The notes beneath the pieces were generated by a model. It searched no databases, was not told the origin of the DNA, and saw nothing but the letters and a program-made list of their open reading frames with translations. This document shows, in pieces, positions 1-8,043 of a stretch of 32,000 bases of DNA; positions within the stretch are counted from its first letter, which is position 1, and each line of letters begins with the position of its first letter. The DNA is from an uncultured archaeon. GTDB taxonomy: Archaea > Asgardarchaeota > Thorarchaeia > Thorarchaeales > Thorarchaeaceae. The stretch is taken from assembly GCA_964648855.1 (NCBI GenBank), contig CAZYLT010000014.1, positions 32,400-64,399 of the forward strand, given 5' to 3'. The position numbers were made by a program, and so were the translations under genes.

Positions 1-1
1 C

Positions 2-121
2 CATATCATGGATAGGGACATTATTCTCAATATCCTGTTTGAGAGCAGAACAGGCATTCGAGAGGTCCCGGTGAATGTGTACCTCATCGACAAGGAGTTC
101 TTCGACAATATCTCCAGCTGA
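2..121 (+). CDS. 3' end of an unidentified gene truncated by the window edge (HIMDRDIILNILFESRTGIREVPVNVYLIDKEFFDNISS*)
   Basis: Open frame from position 2 to TGA at 119-121 with protein-like composition; family not recognised, and a minus-strand alternative cannot be excluded. Confidence 0.4.
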   Translation, partial: HIMDRDIILNILFESRTGIREVPVNVYLIDKEFFDNISS

Positions 122-236
122 ACCCGCAGCTCTACATACGTCGTAGCTATCTTCGACAGTATCCTCATTCCAGCAGTAGAATTTCTATAACATCGTTTAA
201 AATTCCGAAATCAGCCTTGTTTATTCTCTCCTTAAG

Positions 237-244
237 TTTTTATA
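237..244 (+). promoter_or_regulatory. Putative TATA box (TTTTTATA) of the APC permease gene
   Basis: Archaeal TATA-like element ~87 nt upstream of ATG 331, implying a ~60 nt leader. Confidence 0.4.
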
Positions 245-330
245 CTGGTATTGCCTTGTTCAATGTATCACGGAGAGCGAATGATTCGCAAACGTGAGAG
301 AGAAAAAAATAGAACGGAGATTTCCGAAAA

Positions 331-1881
331 ATGGAAGACGAAGACCAACTCTTATTCGTGCGAGAGAGCAGTGGTCTAGTAAAAGAAGTAGGGCCTTGGT
401 TTGCTTTGCTATTACCAATAGCACTGACAGTCGGTCCATACTTCCACTTCGTAGCCCCGCAAGTTTCAACCTGGTATCCAGGTGCACTACTTGTCCCAAC
501 CTTCGCTTTAGGTACATTTGCAATCCTATTCGAGGGCATTGGTACGATGGTGCTAATGCTTGCGATGCCTCGAAGCGGTGCTAGCTACCACTTTGTCGGA
601 CGAGGCTTGAGCCCAATCTTTGGGGTCATGGAAGGGTGGAGATCGGTCATAACAAACCCAGTATTTCGCGGGTCAGCCAGCTTCTTCTCAGCGAAGGTGA
701 CTGGCGGTGGTTTTGTGGCAATTGGAATTATTGCTGACAACCCCACGATACTGGCTATAGGTCAAGCTCTGAGTGACTCAGACATGCTTGACCTAGTGAT
801 ACTAGCTCTGATTTTGACATTCATAGGTTTCATATTTAGCTATCTGAGTGTTAAGATACTGGGTTACTTCACGATAGTACTTGGCGTTGTTGTGATTGGC
901 CTACTACTAATATCGGATATTATTCTTATCGCGAATCCGATTACCCAAACCTCGTGGGATGCACTCTTTGCTGGCACAGGTTATGAATTAGCTGACCTGC
1001 AAGCAAACTCGTGGATCACAGACATCACCCAGTATACGACGTTGAACATTGCAGCCTTGGCAGGGGCTATGGTCCTGGCAGTGGGCATCATGTGGCCCTA
1101 CCTGATCATGCCCGTTGCAGGCGAGGTTTCACAGCCAAGCCGAAACATTCCCCTAAGCTGCATGGGTGGCGTTATTGGCATCGGTGCCCTCTTCATGCTC
1201 TCAGCCTACGCGGTTGAGGTAGGCATGGGTGAGATTCTCTACTGGAACAACAGTGGTGGCGGTGTATTCCCCGGATTTGGCAACTTTGCTGCGATTGCGC
1301 TTGGGCCTAACTATTGGTGGCTCGGTGCAGTTCTGGTACTACAACCAATCTTGGCAAATACCCTTGACGGACCAAGCAATGCCCTGTGGGTTACAAGACC
1401 CTTCCACGCAATGGCGATGGACAGGATGTGCCCCGAGGCGATGGCTCAGATCCATCCGAAGTATCACGTTCCACACAACAGCCTCTACTATTGGCTCATA
1501 GTGCAGATTGTCATCATTGGCATGTCAGTCTTCTACGATGTGTCAGTTGCAATCGGTGTCGCGTTTACATACGTGTTCATCCGCTGGCAATTCACACTGG
1601 CAGAGGTATCACTACCGTACTACCGGCCAACGTTGTGGGAGCGGTCTGGTGCTTGGACCATAGGCGGGATTCCGCTAGTATCAATAGCGGGTCTTATCAG
1701 TGGTGCTATATTCTTCTACTCCTTAGTGAGCTTTGTACCGACTTCAGGTGTCGTATACGAGACCCTGTTCACGGTTGGAGTTTACTTCTGGGGTCAGATG
1801 ATGTACATCTACTACGGTCACAAGAACAAGGCCAAGGGCGTCGACATGGGCGCTATCTTCGGACAACTACCCCCCGAGTAG
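331..1881 (+). CDS. APC-superfamily amino acid/polyamine/organocation permease
   Basis: 516 aa with ~12 hydrophobic segments; N-terminal LFVRESSGLVKEV, MPRSGASYHFVGRGL, AGEVSQPSRNIP, AMAMDRMCP...IHPKYHVPH and C-terminal FGQLPPE, all typical of archaeal APC permeases. Confidence 0.9.
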   Translation: MEDEDQLLFVRESSGLVKEVGPWFALLLPIALTVGPYFHFVAPQVSTWYPGALLVPTFALGTFAILFEGIGTMVLMLAMPRSGASYHFVGRGLSPIFGVMEGWRSVITNPVFRGSASFFSAKVTGGGFVAIGIIADNPTILAIGQALSDSDMLDLVILALILTFIGFIFSYLSVKILGYFTIVLGVVVIGLLLISDIILIANPITQTSWDALFAGTGYELADLQANSWITDITQYTTLNIAALAGAMVLAVGIMWPYLIMPVAGEVSQPSRNIPLSCMGGVIGIGALFMLSAYAVEVGMGEILYWNNSGGGVFPGFGNFAAIALGPNYWWLGAVLVLQPILANTLDGPSNALWVTRPFHAMAMDRMCPEAMAQIHPKYHVPHNSLYYWLIVQIVIIGMSVFYDVSVAIGVAFTYVFIRWQFTLAEVSLPYYRPTLWERSGAWTIGGIPLVSIAGLISGAIFFYSLVSFVPTSGVVYETLFTVGVYFWGQMMYIYYGHKNKAKGVDMGAIFGQLPPE

Positions 1882-1891
1882 ACTTAGTACA

Positions 1892-1928
1892 GAGAGAGCT
1901 CAGCTCTCTCCCCCTCTCTTTATTTTTT
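1892..1928 (+). terminator. Hairpin plus T-rich tract after the APC gene
   Basis: GAGAGAGC-TCA-GCTCTCTC (1892-1910) followed by TTTATTTTTT. Confidence 0.65.
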
Positions 1929-2215
1929 CATATCCTGCTTCATTGAGCGTGGTATTTTATTGGAAAGGAGCTATTATGCTACAGTCCAATCTTTTTCGCA
2001 ACTCCGCATTTTCTGCCAATTCTCATGCGTATTAAGATAGTTCCCGAGAGATATTGAGAGTCTAACAAATTGAAGATTGTACCATATTGAGGATATCTGG
2101 CTAATTGGCAAACTTGTATTCCAAGAAAACAGTTGTTGATTCGGCGTGAAATCTAATGCTTAAAGATAATAGGGAAAATAACTATGCATTGTCCATCATT
2201 TATTGAGGTAGTGCT

Positions 2216-2701
2216 GTGTACGAAGAGTTTTCCCCGCCCGGCAAGGGTCTAAATGCGGGAGAAGAGATAATATGGAGCCAACGAGGTGGTATGAATGTCA
2301 TGCTGATGTTTGGAGGGGGATTTTGCCTCGTATTCTCTCCTTGGATTTTGTTGGTGATCTATGGCTGGTTTGGCGGTCTCATCGGTAACTTCGTGCTTGT
2401 ATTGATATTGATTGGTTTACTCCTTACCGGCATCGAATTTATCAATACTAGAAGAACCAAGTATTATCTGACAACTGACAGGATTTTAGCTGCGAGAGGT
2501 GGGTTGATTCATGCTCAGATTCCTCTGAGCAATCTGAAAGAATCTGAAGGTACTACTACCATTGAGGTGCAGCCAACGTATAACGAAGGAAATACGCAGT
2601 ACTATACGGTCCGCATAGATGATCCGGTCTCTGGGAATTCGATGGTTCTCCATGGCCTTGATGAAGATGCAAGAGATATCATCTTGACAGTAGATGATTG
2701 A
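2216..2701 (+). CDS. Membrane protein with 2 TM helices and a bacterial PH-like domain
   Basis: GTG start after GAGGT; GEEIIW motif, two TM helices, then TKYYLTTDRILAARGG resembling bPH domains. Confidence 0.65.
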   Translation: MYEEFSPPGKGLNAGEEIIWSQRGGMNVMLMFGGGFCLVFSPWILLVIYGWFGGLIGNFVLVLILIGLLLTGIEFINTRRTKYYLTTDRILAARGGLIHAQIPLSNLKESEGTTTIEVQPTYNEGNTQYYTVRIDDPVSGNSMVLHGLDEDARDIILTVDD

Positions 2702-2972
2702 TTATCGCCTTCCTATTTGGCCGAGGAACCGCATATTTTCATGTATTAGATGACCTCTTCCTTTGTTTGCGGTTCGTCTTCCTCCTCGCTTATAAATCGC
2801 AGATTGATGAAATTTCTCCTCGCTTGAGGGGCGAAATATCACACAGACTACCAAAATACATGAGATAGCAAAACAGTTCATATGTGCAAGAGCCAATTAG
2901 ATAAGGATAACAATAACCGGGATTAAAACTGATGCTTGCTCTGTCTAAACGATTATCGACAGGCTGCTAACG

Positions 2973-3965
2973 TCAATCCTCGGTTTCATAGATGGGTGGA
3001 AAACCGTCTCTGCTCGCCTGGGAAGCAAATGGCTTGAGGTCGTCCCACGTATCATGAAGTCGGGATGGGAAAGACCATGGTCTTATCATTTTCAATTCAG
3101 GAATATCATCGTCATTGATATACATCTGTCTGGTTTCTTTTACCTTATCCAGAATCTGTCGACGCTCCTTCTCATCCCAGACCTGCTGCAAGAACGTATA
3201 TTCATCTTCATACCAGACATAGGCTAGCTGAGGGACCTCGTCAGGAACCACATGGATATCCTTGATTAGCCTCCAGGGCCAAAATGTGGACATTTGCTCA
3301 AGTTTCGGGCTGGCACCGTAAAAATCGAAAGCCATTCCTTCTTTGGCAAGTACCAAATCTGGAGGTTTCTCATTGAGTTTTTCTCTCGGCTCAGTTGACG
3401 GCCCGGATTTTATCCAATCGTGCCAGTTCAATGTGATTCGATGAACAATCTCACATCGATCTAGAACATAATTTACGACACCGGCATTACCATGGTGGGC
3501 GAGACCATCTACGCTTTTGCGCCCCAAGTATTCCTCTGCTAGTTCTCTAACTTTAGGGATATCCTCAACAGGTATGATTGCCCATACCTGGAAGAAGGCT
3601 TCTCCACCGCTTCTTAGAAATGCAAAAAATATCCCCGCCTGGCCAATCTTGTCATAATCATCGGGTAATTCCTCGTCAGTAGGCCACGACTTTCTATCCT
3701 TACAATAGTGAATCTTCGCACACTCGAATGCTATTATCTCGTGCCATTTTGCTGTGAATACAACAGTATATTTTTTGAATCTCTTTTCTCTGGGAAGCAG
3801 AAAATCAATCTCTTCGCTATCTATCCTTAGCTCAGCATTTTGTTCAGAGTATGGATGCTTGGAAATAAATTCCCAGTCTTTGTCGTCGCTTTGTTCCATC
3901 TTTGTTCTCATCCGGGTTAGAATCTGTAATCGCAGAGCATTAGGCGTCCTTTTGACTGTTTGCAA
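2973..3965 (-). CDS. Hypothetical soluble protein (true start probably ATG 3911 or 3899)
   Basis: 330-codon ORF with globular composition; no recognised motif. Confidence 0.7.
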   Translation of the reverse strand: MQTVKRTPNALRLQILTRMRTKMEQSDDKDWEFISKHPYSEQNAELRIDSEEIDFLLPREKRFKKYTVVFTAKWHEIIAFECAKIHYCKDRKSWPTDEELPDDYDKIGQAGIFFAFLRSGGEAFFQVWAIIPVEDIPKVRELAEEYLGRKSVDGLAHHGNAGVVNYVLDRCEIVHRITLNWHDWIKSGPSTEPREKLNEKPPDLVLAKEGMAFDFYGASPKLEQMSTFWPWRLIKDIHVVPDEVPQLAYVWYEDEYTFLQQVWDEKERRQILDKVKETRQMYINDDDIPELKMIRPWSFPSRLHDTWDDLKPFASQASRDGFPPIYETED

Positions 3966-4059
3966 AGACCCTCGTTAGTTTTGGCTTTATCACTTTGCAC
4001 AACGCTTATCTTATCCACTCAGACTTGAAATGTTAAGTTCCTGTTAAGGCGGAAAGACC

Positions 4060-4785
4060 ATGAGCGAACGCGGCAGTAAGAAGCGATCACAACCCCAAGA
4101 ACAGACTTTGGATGAGTTCCAGTTCACTCCTCGAGGCTTAGATTTGGAATGGACAAAGGACCTCATCACTGTTTTTGATGCATATAGAATCCATCGGTGC
4201 TACGATCTGACGTTCATCGAGAAGGCGATTGGAGAAGGGGAATTTCCACGATCGTTTGTTGACCAGTGGAGATTCATCAGAACGGTCCTACATAAATTTG
4301 CAGCTGTTTCGCCAAAGGTGCCGGGTGTCCTGAAGTATTATGGGCGAAGAAAGACCTTACAATATGCGGCATTAGTTCTACTAACATTCGCAGTCCCAGC
4401 CGTTGTTGCTACTTGGGTATTTGCGCTTGTTTCTATTGCAATTTATACCATCGCGTTTGCAGCATTTGCATTCATCTTCTTTGTAGCGCAATGGACCGCA
4501 GGGCATTATTATAACAGAAAAGTTGCGTGGACAATAGAGAACTATTGGGACGAACATCCCGAATTGTTGAAAGACGAAAAGGAAGCATTGAAACAATGGG
4601 TCCAACGTCTTATCGTCAACGCGCGACACAGGCTAAGGAAAGAAGATGAAGATCCAGAGGGTCACCCAGTCAAATTCTTCAATGACGACTATGATGACAT
4701 TATCGTGAAAAACGAGCCAAACTGGTACCGAAAGCATTACACCGTTCAGATTGTGGTTGACAGAGACGAAAAAGAAAAAGGCTGA
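4060..4785 (+). CDS. Hypothetical membrane protein with a central 2-TM hairpin
   Basis: 241 aa with ATG start; hydrophobic region at ~aa 100-145 flanked by charged domains. Confidence 0.75.
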   Translation: MSERGSKKRSQPQEQTLDEFQFTPRGLDLEWTKDLITVFDAYRIHRCYDLTFIEKAIGEGEFPRSFVDQWRFIRTVLHKFAAVSPKVPGVLKYYGRRKTLQYAALVLLTFAVPAVVATWVFALVSIAIYTIAFAAFAFIFFVAQWTAGHYYNRKVAWTIENYWDEHPELLKDEKEALKQWVQRLIVNARHRLRKEDEDPEGHPVKFFNDDYDDIIVKNEPNWYRKHYTVQIVVDRDEKEKG

Positions 4786-4815
4786 AAAAAATGATGGAGG
4801 AGAAAGATTCTCCTC
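4786..4815. terminator. Hairpin between convergent genes
   Basis: GAGGAGAA-AGA-TTCTCCTC (4797-4815) with an A-tract on the left (T-tract on the minus strand). Confidence 0.6.
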
Positions 4816-4816
4816 T

Positions 4817-5938
4817 CTACTTCATTAGTTTTTCAATTGGCACATAATCGGCATTAAATCCAAAGTGCTTGGGTCCGAGTACATCTAGACCTTCTGGCTG
4901 CCTGAAGATCTCATGAGATGCCTTCATTCCAATGACACTGACCTCATCACCCTTCTTGATATCCGTATTAGTTATAGGTTCCCCCGTCTTTTGGTCAATG
5001 ATTTCGATGATATCTGGGCTCATTACCCACATTTCGCCATCAAGCCAAGTCATATGATTCTCATTCTTGAACCAGACCTTTAGTTCCTTGCCGCCCTTTG
5101 GACCTGTTCCCTTGATGGTTGTTTTACCCCACATATAGCCAGTTCTATTCTCCCATTCTCTAACCACAACCTCCCCCTTGAATAGGGTCCAGCCACCAAA
5201 TTCATCAACTATCGCCTCTGCAGGATCATCTCCGGACTCACGGCTCTCGCGAATAGTCTTGCCAACGCCATAGCTCAATGATAGGGTTCCAGGTATGATA
5301 ACATCATGGAATTCATTTCCCTTGACAGGAAACGCCACATTGCCAACCCGACCCCATGCAACCTCGCTGAGTGCCTTTGAGATTCTTTCTCCCATTTCAT
5401 AGTTGATGATATCTTGAACAAGTGTTTTGTTGCCGTACCAATCTACCAATGCCAATGGAGCCATAGAAAAGCCCTTGGCACATACTGTATTTTGGCAGAT
5501 TTCTGGAACCGCTCGCCCAGCATAATCTCCATCAACACAAGGAATACCATGCCTTACGGCTGCATCAATAGGCGCAGGAGTATTTACGCCACCTAGCTCG
5601 AATGCTGCGGTGGCCGCAAATTTCACTTCCATGTGGTCCTCGAGCAGCCTGAGACCTGTTGCCAGTTCCTTCTCGTAATAGTCCCAGTCAAATCTCGAGC
5701 GCAGTTTCTCAATCTCAGGAGTTGGTGGAGCAATAGTCCCAGAATAGTAGGGACACGCGACCCAGTCCTCATCTTCAATTGTATCAACATCCACAATCTC
5801 TATGGTCTTGCCAGCATCAATGTGCGGATACAGCATCTTCAGACCTAGCTCTTTATCGCCTCCGCCACCTGTACCAAAGAATGTACAACCGGTTGTCAGG
5901 TCTTCTACATCAGTTCTAGTTTTCAATCTCAGTGTCAT
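4817..5938 (-). CDS. DUF917 family protein (thiohydantoin desulfurase/desulfhydrase family), paralog A
   Basis: GCTFFGTGGGG, ELGGVN, VDGDYAGRAVPE, FKNENH, PDII and GPKHFG are DUF917 signature motifs. Confidence 0.88.
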   Translation of the reverse strand: MTLRLKTRTDVEDLTTGCTFFGTGGGGDKELGLKMLYPHIDAGKTIEIVDVDTIEDEDWVACPYYSGTIAPPTPEIEKLRSRFDWDYYEKELATGLRLLEDHMEVKFAATAAFELGGVNTPAPIDAAVRHGIPCVDGDYAGRAVPEICQNTVCAKGFSMAPLALVDWYGNKTLVQDIINYEMGERISKALSEVAWGRVGNVAFPVKGNEFHDVIIPGTLSLSYGVGKTIRESRESGDDPAEAIVDEFGGWTLFKGEVVVREWENRTGYMWGKTTIKGTGPKGGKELKVWFKNENHMTWLDGEMWVMSPDIIEIIDQKTGEPITNTDIKKGDEVSVIGMKASHEIFRQPEGLDVLGPKHFGFNADYVPIEKLMK

Positions 5939-6045
5939 TTTTCCATTCCCGTCACAGTTTAAGCTAGAATTAGAAGAAGCTGAGTACTACTTTAAGTTTT
6001 CTTTAGAAAACTGAAGAACTTGATATTCATATTTCTAATAATTGC

Positions 6046-6098
6046 AAAAAATAGGTGCAAGGCCTGAGCCAAGTGTTGCTCAGGCGCCTGCATTACCT
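6046..6098 (-). terminator. Long hairpin plus T6 downstream of the metallophosphoesterase gene
   Basis: Core GCCTGAGC/GCTCAGGC (6062-6085), extended by imperfect pairing to AGGT/ACCT; A6 at 6046-6051. Confidence 0.6.
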
Positions 6099-6106
6099 GA
6101 CTGGAA

Positions 6107-7057
6107 CTATAGTTCTACTCGTCCGGCGGTAGCTTCGCCATCTTTCACATTAATGATGAAACCTTTCAAGATACCCTCGCGGTATTCAGAGCCAGGATTA
6201 ACACAAAGGGTTCTCCCAATGTTTGTGAAACCAACTGATTCGTGAATATGACCATGCATGCCGACAAGTGGTTGGTATTTCTCTATGACTTCTCTAACTG
6301 CTTTGCTTCCAACTGGTTCAGTTAGCGAAAAACCACCCGCATACTTCATTTGGTGGTCTTCGGAAAGCTGCGGGGCTACATCCAATCCTGAGCCGAAGGG
6401 AGGCGCATGGAAGTTACACAGCAGATTCTCATAATCAGTTCCGTCAACTCGAGCAAACTCAGCTTCCAGTTTCTCCAAAAGCTCATCTTCGGGGCACTCC
6501 CTGTGGGTTTCCCACGGCGTACTATTGACCCATTCACTACTGATGAGTTTGTGATGCTCTCCAATTTCCACGACCTTCTCAAGAGGATAGATTGCCCGTG
6601 GATGATTCATGATGACTTCATCGATAACACGCGGATCGTCATTTCCGGGATTCACCACAAGTACGACATCTTCAGGGATTTTCTCTGCAGCTAAATCCAA
6701 CCACGCTTGCATGCGTTCAGTCATTAAGTTGTCAAAGAGTTCCTGTATTGCGCCTTTCTTCTCCTTAATCTCTGCAAGCTCATCGGGAGTGAAAATGTGA
6801 GGATAGAATCCTTCAGTTTTGACAAAATCGAGAAACTTGTCAAGGTCCTTTCTTTTCTTGAATTTCTTCTTTCTACCATAGGGCTGAGCGTACCAATTAT
6901 CTTCTTTTTCTTGTATGATGGGCATGATTGCTTTTCCTGTCAAATCGCCGCACATCATGGCAACATCGGCTTTGAAGACACCAGGAGCTCTGCACATCTG
7001 TTCCCATGTTTTCTGACTCCCGTGGGGGTCACAAGCATGGAAGATTCTTAGTGACAT
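6107..7057 (-). CDS. Calcineurin-like metallophosphoesterase (Icc-related)
   Basis: Motifs DPHGS, GDLTGK, PGNDD, HAPP, HGHIHES and NPGSEY. Confidence 0.88.
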   Translation of the reverse strand: MSLRIFHACDPHGSQKTWEQMCRAPGVFKADVAMMCGDLTGKAIMPIIQEKEDNWYAQPYGRKKKFKKRKDLDKFLDFVKTEGFYPHIFTPDELAEIKEKKGAIQELFDNLMTERMQAWLDLAAEKIPEDVVLVVNPGNDDPRVIDEVIMNHPRAIYPLEKVVEIGEHHKLISSEWVNSTPWETHRECPEDELLEKLEAEFARVDGTDYENLLCNFHAPPFGSGLDVAPQLSEDHQMKYAGGFSLTEPVGSKAVREVIEKYQPLVGMHGHIHESVGFTNIGRTLCVNPGSEYREGILKGFIINVKDGEATAGRVEL

Positions 7058-7124
7058 CTATTTTTAGCCTCTTGCAACCGTATTTCTGTATCCTAAATGA
7101 GGTTAACGGTCTAGTACTTGCATC

Positions 7125-7188
7125 TCACTTTAATATGACTTTGAGATTTCATCGGTAATTCCACCTCTAGAGAAAGGTATTAAAGTGA
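7125..7188. promoter_or_regulatory. Back-to-back divergent promoters with identical TATTAAAGTGA cores
   Basis: TCACTTTAATA (7125-7135) and TATTAAAGTGA (7178-7188) form a perfect 11-bp inverted repeat; each is preceded on its own strand by an AAAG-containing BRE-like segment. Confidence 0.6.
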
Positions 7189-7235
7189 CCTTAGAAAATT
7201 TGACATAATGTAAAGACTCTTGGAGATTCTAACAT

Positions 7236-8042
7236 ATGTCCGGTAAATATGGTGAAATACTAGACGACTATCAAGACGAGGCCATCAGGATTGAGCAAGC
7301 CGCTGGCGAGAATGGATGGCCCATGAGAATAATTGGATGCTTGGCTTTTCGCATAAAATGCCCCGACTATGTCGAATTGCATAAGAAAATGTGTAGAGAA
7401 GTCACCGACATAGACTATGTTGCATATTACAAAGATATGCGAGATATTCAGGATCTGTTTCGATACCATTTAGGGTACAAATGGATACCTCCCGGTTTCG
7501 CGAGGGCCTCGACTCTAAGAGACCTGTTCGTCAATCCTGATACAGGGTTCAAAATCGACGTGTTTTATGACCACTTAGACTTTTGCCACAAAATAGAATT
7601 CAAAGAAAAGAAGCGGCTAGATGTTGATGAGCCAACAATCCCGCTAGCAGAGCTCTTTCTAGAAAAGACACAGATTGTTGAAATCAACGAGAAAGACCTC
7701 ATGGACCTCATAATTCTCTTTCTATCCTATGATGTGAGTGAAGATCATGACGATTCCATTATTAATGGTAAGTACATCACTGACATATTGAGTGATGATT
7801 GGGGATTCTACTACACTGTAACTGAGAATATCAAGAAGTTTATCGAATATGTTCCCAAAGTTCAGCACATCACTACTGAGCAACAGAACCTGATACTAAC
7901 ACGCGTTAACAAACTGCACAAGATGATCGAGGACTCTGAGAAGTCTGGTTCATGGAATCGCAGAGCACGAGTAGGAACCAAGAAGCGGTGGTACAAGATA
8001 GTGCACACCATGGACGATCGGGACAAAATAAAGAAATGCTGA
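7236..8042 (+). CDS. Pol-beta-fold nucleotidyltransferase-like protein of unknown function
   Basis: RIIGCLAF...REVTDIDYV (hG[G/S]xA...RxTxDhD pattern), third acidic residue in KIDVF, LFLEKTQI...KDLMD helix; GGAG upstream of the ATG. Confidence 0.72.
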   Translation: MSGKYGEILDDYQDEAIRIEQAAGENGWPMRIIGCLAFRIKCPDYVELHKKMCREVTDIDYVAYYKDMRDIQDLFRYHLGYKWIPPGFARASTLRDLFVNPDTGFKIDVFYDHLDFCHKIEFKEKKRLDVDEPTIPLAELFLEKTQIVEINEKDLMDLIILFLSYDVSEDHDDSIINGKYITDILSDDWGFYYTVTENIKKFIEYVPKVQHITTEQQNLILTRVNKLHKMIEDSEKSGSWNRRARVGTKKRWYKIVHTMDDRDKIKKC

Positions 8043-8043
8043 G

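Noticed and set aside
2702-2896. 64-aa minus-strand ORF
   Set aside because: TTG start, no RBS or motif, and atypical composition; treated as spurious or pseudogene debris
4090-4125. PIP-box-like QEQTLDEFQF at the N-terminus of the membrane protein
   Set aside because: Spacing does not fit QxxLxxFF (E at the Q position, aromatics not adjacent); likely chance
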